From: an uncultured Pseudomonadota bacterium
Lineage (GTDB): Bacteria > Pseudomonadota > Gammaproteobacteria > Steroidobacterales > Woeseiaceae
Length of the DNA stretch: 64,000 nucleotides
Assembly (NCBI GenBank): GCA_942491885.1
Contig: CALOCQ010000010.1
Location: 13,907-77,906, forward strand
Direction of reading: 5' to 3'
A program made the translations under genes and the position numbers. Of the stretch, positions 48,685-57,656 are shown one piece after another. Numbering within the stretch: position 1 is the first letter of the stretch; the number at the start of each line of letters is the position of its first letter. The notes beneath the pieces were generated by a model. That model was not told the DNA's origin. It was given only the letters and a program-made list of their open reading frames with translations, and did not search any database.

Positions 48685-49524
48685 TTAGCCTTCTGTTTCA
48701 CTATGCAGAGCAAGTTCTACATTCACGGCGACACTGCTGGTATCAACCCGATTTGAAACGATGTCCTGCATCGCGACGCTGGCATCACCTGTTTTTGATA
48801 CGCGGGCATAGATGGTGAAGCGTTTATAGCGCGAGGCCTGACCGTCGGGCAGCATCAGGTTGCTGGTATCCAGGGAGAAGCTGAGCGGCAAACTGGTCGC
48901 GGCATATTTGGCGACCGCGATGGGCATCGCCGGGCCGTCGGCTGCGCGCGCAACAACAAAGATCGTTGCATCCGGCGGTATCATCTGGCGCGCCGCATCA
49001 TCCGCTACCAGTGTGCCGACGATCCGAAACCCCAGATCCCCTTTGGTGGTTTTCGCTGACCCGAACAGTAGCTTCTGTTCCAGACTTTGATCAACTGCGC
49101 CGCGTTCCGCGGCTTCACGGTAGGCCGCCCGTGCCTGATCGGTATTGCCGAGGTGATCATAAGACTGGGCCAGCAGCAACCAGTCGCCGCCATCGCCGTC
49201 ACCCGCACTCAGGCGGGCGGCAAGGCCGTCCACCAGGTTGGAAACCGAGCCGATTTTTCCGCCTTGCGTGTCGAAGCCCGGGACGGCCGGAACGGCCTTC
49301 TCGCTGGCGCGCTGTGATATGCGGTCGTCGTTGCGGTCGCCGGAAAGCAGGGCGTCCGGTTGCCCGACGCTTGCGTACAGCGCGACAACGGCAAGCGGTA
49401 TCAACGCAGCGCCGGCAAGTGCCATCCAGCCCACGCGCTTTTCCTTGACGAAAGGACGAAGCAACAGGACAAGTGTCGCAACGATACAAACGAAAATGAT
49501 GAGAACAAAGAAATTAGCGGACAT
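48685..49524 (-). CDS. CcmI/CycH-like cytochrome c maturation chaperone
   Basis: The ATG at 49524 has a GGAG 6 nt upstream. Two N-terminal TM helices, a TPR segment (GDWLLLAQSYDHLGNTDQARAAYREAAERG), and a CcmI-type C-terminal domain (ATIFVVARAADGPAMPIAVAKY...LPLSFSLD...IYARVSKTGDA). Confidence 0.72.
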   Translation of the reverse strand: MSANFFVLIIFVCIVATLVLLLRPFVKEKRVGWMALAGAALIPLAVVALYASVGQPDALLSGDRNDDRISQRASEKAVPAVPGFDTQGGKIGSVSNLVDGLAARLSAGDGDGGDWLLLAQSYDHLGNTDQARAAYREAAERGAVDQSLEQKLLFGSAKTTKGDLGFRIVGTLVADDAARQMIPPDATIFVVARAADGPAMPIAVAKYAATSLPLSFSLDTSNLMLPDGQASRYKRFTIYARVSKTGDASVAMQDIVSNRVDTSSVAVNVELALHSETEG

Positions 49525-49553
49525 GCTGAGCTCCAACTTGACAAAGTGGTTGT

Positions 49554-49598
49554 AGTCTCAGAGACTCGGCAACCATTGAATTGAGACGAAATGTCTCA
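49554..49598. promoter_or_regulatory. two GTCTC/GAGAC palindromes in the divergent promoter region
   Basis: AGTCTCaGAGACT (49554-49566) and TGAGACgaaatGTCTCA (49582-49598). A TTGACA at 49538-49543 lies 17 nt upstream of GAGACT. A (CA)5 run is at 49597-49606. Confidence 0.3.
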
Positions 49599-49668
49599 CA
49601 CACACATATGTTGTCAACCTGTCGTCAAACACCGACGCCAGTTGATTAAACATAAATATTGGTGGCCT

Positions 49669-50511
49669 ATGCAGTCGCACGAACATGCAACAATCTCGCG
49701 ATATCTCAGTCGCATGCTCAGGCGCTTGCTGGGGCCCGTGGCACGCATCCTTGTGCGCCACGGCATGACGCACAAGGATGTTGCGTTGATTTGCAAAGAG
49801 GCTTATGTAAAAGCGGCCGCCGATGTCGAGCAGGGTTCTGCAGCATCCGTAAACGTGTCGCATGTCGCATTATTGACGGGCATGGCGCGACGCGATGTGC
49901 GCAAAATTCTTGCGGCGAAACCTGATGATCGGACCAGTGATGTGCGCCAGAATAATGCGACACGCGTATTGTCAGGATGGCATCAGGATTCTGATTTCCT
50001 GACCTCGCGCGGGAAGCCGCGCGTGCTGCGCAAGTCCGGTGTGACCGGTAGCTTTGAGGCGCTTGTGAGGCGCTACGCGAGCGACATTCCCGCCAGCACG
50101 ATGGCAAAAGAGCTGAAGCGTGTGAAGGCAATTGCGACCAACGCCAGCGGTAATCTTGAAGTGTTGACGCGTTACTACATGCCCGCCAGAAATCGCGTGC
50201 TTGCGCCGGCGGCGATCGAGCGCGCCGGCAGTGTTCTGGAAGATGTTGGTGAGACCGTCGACTACAACTTGCGCCGTACGTCGCGGCAACCGAGCCGGTT
50301 CGAGCGGCGCGCGACGAATCCGGCTATTCCCAGGGCCGCGATCCCGGCATTTCGCCAGTTCGTTGAGCTTGAGGGCCAAAGATTTTTGGAATCCGTGGAC
50401 GCCTGGTTAAGCGACCATGAGTTAAATGATGAAACCTGCGACTCCGATTCGCGTTGCCGACTGGGCGTCGGCGCATACTGGATCGAGTCCGACCGAACAG
50501 AGGAAATCTGA
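49669..50511 (+). CDS. hypothetical protein with HTH-like segment (DUF6502-like)
   Basis: The ATG at 49669 follows GGTGG. The segment VSHVALLTGMARRDVRKIL resembles a helix-turn-helix. The gene is divergent from the cytochrome operon. Confidence 0.6.
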   Translation: MQSHEHATISRYLSRMLRRLLGPVARILVRHGMTHKDVALICKEAYVKAAADVEQGSAASVNVSHVALLTGMARRDVRKILAAKPDDRTSDVRQNNATRVLSGWHQDSDFLTSRGKPRVLRKSGVTGSFEALVRRYASDIPASTMAKELKRVKAIATNASGNLEVLTRYYMPARNRVLAPAAIERAGSVLEDVGETVDYNLRRTSRQPSRFERRATNPAIPRAAIPAFRQFVELEGQRFLESVDAWLSDHELNDETCDSDSRCRLGVGAYWIESDRTEEI

Positions 50512-50512
50512 C

Positions 50513-51934
50513 ATGAAAATGATATCGATTGGTAGTCCCCGCGTATTGCTTCTGGCACTTCCTGCTCTGGTTGCGAGCCTCAGCGGTTGCGGCGACAATT
50601 TAGTCGCCGGTATCGATGCGGGTGGACAGCCGACGGCTGCCGTAACGACGGTGGGTGCCGTTACCTCGACGGGACAGTTTTCTGTGAACGGCCGTGAGTT
50701 TGACGTGTCCGCTGCCACCATTACCGTCGATGGGCAGTCAGCGACTCCGGCAGACCTGAAGCTCGGCCAGGTAGTTGCGATTACATTCCGGGATACCGGT
50801 GCCGTCGCTTCGGCCGAGTCCGTAGATGCGGATGATCTGGTTGAAGGACGCATTGAGTCGATTGATCTAATCGCCGGCGAAATCGAATTACTCGGACAGC
50901 TCGTGCTGATCGAACCGGACACACTATTCGATGGCGAAACCCGTGCCAGTCTTAGCGAGCTTTCGATTGGTGATGTCATCGAAGTCAGTGGCTTCCTGAC
51001 GTCAGCGAACAGCATCGTTGCCACCCGCATAGAGCAGGAAGGTGACTCGGATGATTACGAGATTGTCGGTTTTGTAAGCGACCTCGATACCGCAGCCAAT
51101 CGCTTCATGATCAATGATCTCGTTGTCGACTTCGGCGCGGCGATGCTCGAAGGCTTTGGCGGCGGAATCGCGACGGGCGATCTGGTGGAAGTCGAGGGCG
51201 ACGACTACACGAATGGTGTCGCATTCGCGAGCAGCGTTTCGCGTGAGCGAGACGTGCGCGACGATGACGCGGACGAGTACGAACTGGAAGGTTTAATCAC
51301 GCGTTTCGTTTCTGCCACCGATTTTGATGTTCAGGGAATTCCGGTCACGACAGATGCCGCTACAGACTTTGAGAACGGCAGTGCGGCCGATCTCGCGCTC
51401 GACGTGCGCGTTGAGGTAGAGGGTCGGCCGAATGCCGGCGGCGTTATCGTCGCGGACGAGATTGAGTTCCGGGCGATGACATCCGCGAAGGTAGAGGCGA
51501 CCGTCGATCTTGTGGACGCGAGCCAGGGGGCGCTGAATGTATTCACTATTGAGATTACGCAAACGTCGTCGACGATATTCAAGGATGAAGGCCCATTGGA
51601 GCTCGAGCGGTTTTCACTCGATGACATCAGTGACGGTGACTTTGTTGAGGTCATCGGGCAGGAAAGCGCCAGCGGTTTGATCGCGACGCTGATTAAGCGC
51701 AAGAGTCCCGAGGACAGTCTGAAGCTCAAAGGTGTCGCCAGTGCAATCAGTGACCCGCAATTCACTGTGCTCGGCGTTACCGTGATGACGAACGCGCAGA
51801 CGAGCTTCGAGGGTGATAATGATCAGTCGATTGATGCGGCGACGTTCTTCGCCAATGCAAACGGTCGCCGGGTCGAGGTGCAGGGTGATCGCGTCGGTGA
51901 CATATTGATGGCCGACGAAGTCGAGCTCGACTGA
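50513..51934 (+). CDS. lipoprotein with six DUF5666-like repeats
   Basis: The ATG at 50513 lies 1 nt after the upstream TGA, with AGGAA upstream. Lipobox VASLSGC. Repeated ...G..V.V.G... units (VIEVSGF, LVEVEGD, RVEVEGR, FVEVIGQ, RVEVQGD). Confidence 0.75.
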   Translation: MKMISIGSPRVLLLALPALVASLSGCGDNLVAGIDAGGQPTAAVTTVGAVTSTGQFSVNGREFDVSAATITVDGQSATPADLKLGQVVAITFRDTGAVASAESVDADDLVEGRIESIDLIAGEIELLGQLVLIEPDTLFDGETRASLSELSIGDVIEVSGFLTSANSIVATRIEQEGDSDDYEIVGFVSDLDTAANRFMINDLVVDFGAAMLEGFGGGIATGDLVEVEGDDYTNGVAFASSVSRERDVRDDDADEYELEGLITRFVSATDFDVQGIPVTTDAATDFENGSAADLALDVRVEVEGRPNAGGVIVADEIEFRAMTSAKVEATVDLVDASQGALNVFTIEITQTSSTIFKDEGPLELERFSLDDISDGDFVEVIGQESASGLIATLIKRKSPEDSLKLKGVASAISDPQFTVLGVTVMTNAQTSFEGDNDQSIDAATFFANANGRRVEVQGDRVGDILMADEVELD

Positions 51935-51980
51935 GTTTGTCAGGTTCGCCACATTGCGCATGTTGCGCTGAGCGCCCGGC

Positions 51981-53297
51981 ATGACGATCGCCGCTTATGC
52001 AATGTACGGCGTGCCCGCGGTGCTGCTGTTTACGCTCTATCTGCGTGCGCATAGCCGACGTTCGCGAGCAGACTGGGATGCGATGCAGGAGTCGATCGAA
52101 ACCGGCATGACCGAGCCGGCCTCGCTGCATCCCTTGATCGATCCGATCAAATGTATTGGTTGCGCGTCCTGCGTGTCAGCGTGCCCGGAGCAAGACCATC
52201 ATCCGGTCATCGGCATTATTCGCGGTAAGGCCAGGCTGGTCGGTCCGAGCAATTGCATAGGTCACGGTGCCTGTCTGGCGGCGTGCCCGGTGGATGCTAT
52301 CGAGCTCGTGTTCGGCAGTGCGCGCCGCGGTGTCGACATTCCGCGCGTCGACGAGAACTTCCAGACCAACGTGCCGGGTATCTTCATCGCCGGCGAGCTT
52401 GGCGGGATGGGGCTGATTCGCAACGCCATAGAGCAGGGCAGACAAGCGCTGGAAGCGGTGCGCGGGCTGGACGGGCTAAAGCGATCGGATCGGCTCGATG
52501 TCATCGTTGTCGGCGCGGGACCGGCGGGTTTCTCCGCGTCCCTGGCCGCCATGGCGGGCAAACTGCGCTTTGTTACGCTTGAGCAGGATACCCTCGGCGG
52601 CACGGTCGCGCATTTCCCGCGCGGTAAACTTGTTATGACGCAGCCTGCCGAGTTGCCGATCGTTGGCAAAGTGAAGTTCACCGAGACCACCAAGGAGGCG
52701 CTGCTGTCGTTCTGGCAAAAGGTGGAGACGGACACCGGCTTGTCGATCAACTACAACGAACGTGTCACCGACATTTCCCCCTTGGCCGACGGCCAGGGCT
52801 TCACTGTTACGACGACAAAAACCTCCTATGACACGCGAGCGGTGCTATTGACCATCGGTCGCCGCGGCACGCCGCGACAGCTCGGTGTGCCCGGCGAAGA
52901 CCAGTCGAAAGTCGTATACCGGCTGATCGACCCGGAGCAATACCGCGGCCAAAATGTTCTGGTCGTCGGCGGTGGCGACAGTGCACTGGAAGCGGCGCAC
53001 AGTATTGCTGAGGAGCCCGGCACAACGGTCACGCTGTCCTATCGCTCGGCCGCTTTCTCACGCGCCAAGGCAAAGAATCGCGATAAGGTCGAGCAGCTGG
53101 CGAGCGCAGGACGCCTGCAGGTCTTGCTGGGCTCAACGGTTGAGCTCATCGAGGCAGATAGCGTCGTGATTGCGGTTGGTGAACAATCGCAGCGCATTGC
53201 CAACGATGCGGTGATTGTCTGTGCCGGCGGTATCCTGCCAACAGGGTTTCTGAAGGAAATCGGCATCAACGTCGAGACAAAATTCGGTACCCGTTGA
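51981..53297 (+). CDS. membrane-anchored 2x[4Fe-4S] ferredoxin domain fused to FAD/NAD(P)-dependent oxidoreductase
   Basis: N-terminal TM. CIGCASCVSACP and CIGHGACLAACP clusters. GxGxxG motifs DVIVVGAGPAG and VLVVGGGDSALE. Confidence 0.85.
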   Translation: MTIAAYAMYGVPAVLLFTLYLRAHSRRSRADWDAMQESIETGMTEPASLHPLIDPIKCIGCASCVSACPEQDHHPVIGIIRGKARLVGPSNCIGHGACLAACPVDAIELVFGSARRGVDIPRVDENFQTNVPGIFIAGELGGMGLIRNAIEQGRQALEAVRGLDGLKRSDRLDVIVVGAGPAGFSASLAAMAGKLRFVTLEQDTLGGTVAHFPRGKLVMTQPAELPIVGKVKFTETTKEALLSFWQKVETDTGLSINYNERVTDISPLADGQGFTVTTTKTSYDTRAVLLTIGRRGTPRQLGVPGEDQSKVVYRLIDPEQYRGQNVLVVGGGDSALEAAHSIAEEPGTTVTLSYRSAAFSRAKAKNRDKVEQLASAGRLQVLLGSTVELIEADSVVIAVGEQSQRIANDAVIVCAGGILPTGFLKEIGINVETKFGTR

Positions 53298-53359
53298 CCC
53301 ATTTCCTTTATCCGCGCCGGCTTTCACTCGGCAAATCCGATATTAAGTAGCGAAATCTC

Positions 53360-53388
53360 TTGCTGACCGTCTGGTCAGTAAGTATATT
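53360..53388 (+). promoter_or_regulatory. candidate sigma-70 promoter TTGCTG-N17-TATATT with embedded palindrome CTGACCgtctGGTCAG (TetR operator candidate)
   Basis: The palindrome at 53363-53378 occupies the spacer. A second TGAC..GTCA repeat lies at 53392-53405. The region is immediately upstream of the TetR gene. Confidence 0.4.
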
Positions 53389-53419
53389 TAATGACCCATC
53401 AGTCAGTAACTGCCATCGC

Positions 53420-54028
53420 ATGCCCGAACCACGCTATCGCCGCCGCAAGGAGGATCGCCCGCACGAAATCGTGGAGGCGGCGTTCGAGACCTTTGCGGAG
53501 AAGGGTTTCGCGGCAACGCGGGTCAACGACGTCGCGCGCCGGGCGGGGGTTAGTAAGGGGCTGCTCTACCTCTACTACAAGACCAAAGAAGACCTGTTCA
53601 AGGCGGTCATTCGCAATGTCGTAGCGAAGCGGATCGACAAGCTCATCGAGACAGTGGAGACGACCGAGCTGTCGTCCGAGGCGTTCTTTCGTGGCCCCAT
53701 GCTCGACTTCATGAAGCAGATTCCGGGCTCTCCGGCCGCGGTCGTCATCCGGCTGTTGCTGACCGAAGGCGCCAGACACCCGGATCTGATGGATTACTAC
53801 TGGGAGCAGGTCGCGAACCGCGGGCTGCAGACCATTCGTGGGTTTGTCGAGCGCGGCGTCGCCGCCGGCGAGTTTCGCGAAACGGCGGTCAATGACATGC
53901 CGCATCTGTTCGTGTCACCGCTGATCCTGAGCGTCGTGTTTAATCTGCTATTTGTCAGGCGATCGCTGGACACGGATAGGCTGATGGAAACACACATGGA
54001 CATGATGCTCGGTTACGTCAAGGCATAA
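53420..54028 (+). CDS. TetR/AcrR-family transcriptional regulator
   Basis: HTH: FAEKGFAATRVNDVARRAGVSKGLLYLYYKTKEDLF. The ATG at 53420 is preferred over the ORF-track start at 53360. Confidence 0.9.
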   Translation: MPEPRYRRRKEDRPHEIVEAAFETFAEKGFAATRVNDVARRAGVSKGLLYLYYKTKEDLFKAVIRNVVAKRIDKLIETVETTELSSEAFFRGPMLDFMKQIPGSPAAVVIRLLLTEGARHPDLMDYYWEQVANRGLQTIRGFVERGVAAGEFRETAVNDMPHLFVSPLILSVVFNLLFVRRSLDTDRLMETHMDMMLGYVKA

Positions 54029-54041
54029 CTGGAATGAGTTT

Positions 54042-55007
54042 ATGAAGTTTAGTATCGGTTTGATCAGTCTGCTTGCAGTGTTGTTGAGCGGCTGCGGCGC
54101 GGACGATGCGTCCAACCTTGTCGTCGGTGAGCTGGCGTCTGACCGGATCGAGTTAGCCGCAGAATCGGCCGAGCCAATTATCGAAATCCTCGTCGCCGAG
54201 GGCGAGGTCGTAACAACCGGTCAGATCCTGCTGCGTCAGGACGATGCGCGGGGCCGGCTGAACGTGGCGCAGACGCAAGCGGTGCTTGCTCGCGTCGAGG
54301 CGCAGCTCGCCGAGCTTGTGCGTGGGCCGCGCGAGGAGCGAATTGCGGTAGCGCGCGCGAATCTCGACGGTGCAAGACGTGACCATGATTTCCGGCGCAT
54401 CGAGCTGCAACGTATCCAGCGCATCTTCGATCGTGAGCTCACTTCGCGCGAGTCACTCGATAGTGCGCAGGCCGCATTCGATACCGCCGAGGCGACGCTG
54501 CGTGCGCGACGCGCCGCGCTTGATGAATTGTTGTCGGGCACGACTGTTGAGGAGATCGAACAGGCAGAGCAGTCAGTACGCGAGGCGAAAGCGCGCGTCG
54601 ATCAGGCGCAAATTGATGTTGATCGCCTGACGATCCTCGCGCCGGCCGATGGCATCGTCGACACGCGCCTGTTCGAAGTGGGCGAGCGCCCGCAGCCGGG
54701 CCAGCCGGTCATGGTCATGCTGCCGGCGATGCAGACGCATGCGCGTGTGTATGTTTCCGAAGGTGTAAGGGTTCACCTCGCGCCCGGTGCGCCGGCAAAA
54801 ATCTTCGTCGACGGCCTCGAGAGACCGCTGGCGGGTCGCCTGCGTTGGGTGTCCAGCGATCCGGCATTCACGCCTTACTACGCGTTAACGGAACGCGATC
54901 GCGGGCGCCTGAGTTTTCTCGCCAAGGTCGATATCGTCGAACCACGCGATCGACTCCCGGATGGTGTGCCGGTAGAGGTCGAGTTCACCGAGCTGGTTGC
55001 GCGTTGA
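54042..55007 (+). CDS. HlyD-family adaptor lipoprotein
   Basis: Lipobox LLSGC, a coiled-coil hairpin, and ABC genes directly downstream. Confidence 0.88.
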   Translation: MKFSIGLISLLAVLLSGCGADDASNLVVGELASDRIELAAESAEPIIEILVAEGEVVTTGQILLRQDDARGRLNVAQTQAVLARVEAQLAELVRGPREERIAVARANLDGARRDHDFRRIELQRIQRIFDRELTSRESLDSAQAAFDTAEATLRARRAALDELLSGTTVEEIEQAEQSVREAKARVDQAQIDVDRLTILAPADGIVDTRLFEVGERPQPGQPVMVMLPAMQTHARVYVSEGVRVHLAPGAPAKIFVDGLERPLAGRLRWVSSDPAFTPYYALTERDRGRLSFLAKVDIVEPRDRLPDGVPVEVEFTELVAR

Positions 55008-55948
55008 TGGCAGACGCGATGGCCATCGAGGCACGCGGACTGACGAAAGTCTTTGGTGATTTGCGCGCGGTCAGCAATCTTGATCTCGATGTGCCGCGTG
55101 GCGAGATCTACGGCTTTCTCGGCCCCAACGGGTCGGGAAAATCGACGACGATCCGCATGTTGTGCGGACTGCTGACCCCGACAGAGGGTCGCGCCAATGT
55201 GTTGGGCATTGCGGTTCCCGGTGATGCGCGGCAGTTGAAGCCGCGTATTGGCTACATGACGCAACGCTTTTCGCTGTTTACCGATATGACGGTGCTGGAG
55301 AACCTGCGTTTCATTGCCGATATTTATTCGTTGCCGCGCAGTCGTCGCGGTGCGCGCATCGACGAGTTGCTGGAAAACTATGACCTCTCCAAGCAGGCAA
55401 AGCAGCTGGCCGGCACCATGAGTGGCGGGCAAAAGCAGCGACTCGCGTTGGCGTGTGCGGTACTCCATCATCCCGAGCTATTGCTGCTGGACGAACCGAC
55501 CAGCGCCGTCGACCCGCAAAGCCGTCGTGACTTCTGGGCGAATCTGTTTCGCCTTGCCGAGGCGGGCACGACTATTCTGGTGTCAACGCATTACATGGAT
55601 GAGGCCGAGCGTTGCCACCGTCTCGCGATACTGGATCGTGGTATCAAGGTGGCCGACGACACGCCGCAAAACCTGCAGGCGTCGACGGGTATGCATGTCA
55701 TTGAGGTCTCCGCAGTTGACCCCTATGCGGCACAAAATGTGATTGTCAGAATGCCTCAGATAGTCAGCGTGACACAGCTCGGCGTTCGCTTGCGGGTACT
55801 GATTCCGGAGTCGGTGCCAGATGCGTTGGACCAGATCAACAACGCGCTGAAAAAGGCATCCGTCAACGGGACCGCGACGGCGAGCCAGGCAACACTGGAG
55901 GATGTTTTCGTCGCGGTGACGCGTCCCGGCCGGGAGCGTGCTGCATGA
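55007..55948 (+). CDS. ABC transporter ATP-binding protein (ABC-2 type exporter)
   Basis: The ATG overlaps the upstream TGA (TGATG). Walker A GPNGSGKST, signature MSGGQKQRLALA, Walker B LLLLDEPTSAVD. Confidence 0.9.
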   Translation: MADAMAIEARGLTKVFGDLRAVSNLDLDVPRGEIYGFLGPNGSGKSTTIRMLCGLLTPTEGRANVLGIAVPGDARQLKPRIGYMTQRFSLFTDMTVLENLRFIADIYSLPRSRRGARIDELLENYDLSKQAKQLAGTMSGGQKQRLALACAVLHHPELLLLDEPTSAVDPQSRRDFWANLFRLAEAGTTILVSTHYMDEAERCHRLAILDRGIKVADDTPQNLQASTGMHVIEVSAVDPYAAQNVIVRMPQIVSVTQLGVRLRVLIPESVPDALDQINNALKKASVNGTATASQATLEDVFVAVTRPGRERAA

Positions 55949-57042
55949 TCTCTGTATCGCGCATGATGGCGATTGTGCGCAAGGAGATTGTGCAATTGCG
56001 TCGTGACCGACTGACATTCGGCATGATTGTCGGTATTCCGGTAATGCAGATGTTGCTGTTTGGTTATGCAATCAATACCGATGTGCGAAATCTCAGAACC
56101 GCGATTGCCGATCAGTCGCACAGTCACTTGTCGCGCCAATTCGTCAATGAGCTACGCCAGACGCAGGTTGTAAATATTGTCGACGCGGCATCTACGCCGG
56201 GCGGGCTTGAAGCAATGCTCCGGCGTGGTGATATTGCGATCGGCGTAGTGATACCGGCGGATTTTGATCGCCGCGTCATCGACCCGGGTCGCGCCGCGGT
56301 GCATTTGCTGGTTGATGGCAGTGACCCGACTATCCTGAGTGTCGCCAATCAACTGAGCGTGATGCCGATTCGCTTCGACACCAGCGCGGTCGTTCAACGA
56401 GCGACCCAGATCGAGGTGCGCCCCTACTACAACCCGGAGCGCCGCACGCCGGTCAATATCATCCCCGGTCTGATGGGTATTATTCTGACGTTGACGATGA
56501 TGCTGTTTACTGCGGTCGCCATCGTGCGTGAGCGCGAGCGCGGTAATCTCGAGCTGCTGATCAACACGCCGGTGAGTTCGACAGAACTGATGATCGGAAA
56601 GGTCATTCCTTATATCGTCATCGGCCTGATTCAGCTGGCTCTTATTCTTGCAGTAGGCGACTGGTTGTTTGATGTGCCGATCCGGGGCAGCGTGGTCGAC
56701 CTGTACCTGGCGGCTGGCGTTTTTATTGCGGCCAATCTGGCGTTGGGGCTGTTTATCTCGACGGTGGCGACGACCCAGTTTCAGGCCATGCAGATTACGT
56801 TTTTCGTGCTGATGCCCTCGATTCTGTTGTCAGGCTTCGTCTTTGCATTCGATGGCATGCCGCGAGCGGCGCAATATATTGGCGAAGTCCTGCCGGTGAC
56901 ACACTTCATTCGTCTGACCCGCGGCATCATGCTCCGCGAGGCGCCACTGCTTGAGATGTACCGGGAGTTGCTTGCGCTTGGCGCATTCACCGCCGTTGCG
57001 ATGACGGCCGCTGCGTTGCGCTTCACCAAGCGACTGGACTAG
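55945..57042 (+). CDS. ABC-2 type transporter permease
   Basis: ATGA overlap with the ATPase gene. N-terminus MAIVRKEIVQLRRDRLTFGM is typical of the family. Six TM segments in the C-terminal part. Confidence 0.9.
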   Translation: MISVSRMMAIVRKEIVQLRRDRLTFGMIVGIPVMQMLLFGYAINTDVRNLRTAIADQSHSHLSRQFVNELRQTQVVNIVDAASTPGGLEAMLRRGDIAIGVVIPADFDRRVIDPGRAAVHLLVDGSDPTILSVANQLSVMPIRFDTSAVVQRATQIEVRPYYNPERRTPVNIIPGLMGIILTLTMMLFTAVAIVRERERGNLELLINTPVSSTELMIGKVIPYIVIGLIQLALILAVGDWLFDVPIRGSVVDLYLAAGVFIAANLALGLFISTVATTQFQAMQITFFVLMPSILLSGFVFAFDGMPRAAQYIGEVLPVTHFIRLTRGIMLREAPLLEMYRELLALGAFTAVAMTAAALRFTKRLD

Positions 57043-57196
57043 ACGCATGTTGTAGCGGGCCGGCGAATTGTGCCGGGCGCTATTGCGGTCATAGCTGCCG
57101 CTGCGGCCTTGGCAAAGTCTCTAACAGGCGCGCGATCCGCGCCCAACCTGCGTAGAATGGCGGTAACGATGTAGTGCGCCGGGCGGAGGGCTCAAT

Positions 57197-57655
57197 ATGG
57201 CATGGTGGGGCTGGATAACTATAGGCGCGTTTTTGATGGGCGCTGAACTGTTGGGCGTCGATGCGGCGTTCTACCTGATTTTTGTCGGTGTCGCAGGGTT
57301 GATCGTGGGCTTGCTGGGTCTTTTCGGTATCGACTTGCCGGTGTGGAGCCAGTGGCTGTTGTTTGGCGTGCTCGCGATTGCCTCGATGGTGTTGTTCCGT
57401 GCCAAGCTGTACGACAGGATTCGCGGCGGCGCGGTCGGTTTCGCGAATACGCTGGTCGGCGAAATTGTCGAAGTGACCGAGGACATCGCGTCGGGACAAC
57501 GTGCGCGCGTAAAGCTGCGCGGTTCGGTATGGACGGCGATCAACGTCAGCGATCAGCCGATCGCGTCGGGCCAGAGCGCCACGGTCGTGGAGGCCGGCGG
57601 CACTGAGCTCAAGATTAGCGAACTGCAGACTCAAACAAACCAGAGAGGGAAATAG
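57197..57655 (+). CDS. NfeD-family membrane protein
   Basis: Three TM helices plus a C-terminal OB-like domain (GQRARVKLRGSVWTAIN). An SPFH gene follows 2 nt downstream. Confidence 0.85.
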   Translation: MAWWGWITIGAFLMGAELLGVDAAFYLIFVGVAGLIVGLLGLFGIDLPVWSQWLLFGVLAIASMVLFRAKLYDRIRGGAVGFANTLVGEIVEVTEDIASGQRARVKLRGSVWTAINVSDQPIASGQSATVVEAGGTELKISELQTQTNQRGK

Positions 57656-57656
57656 G

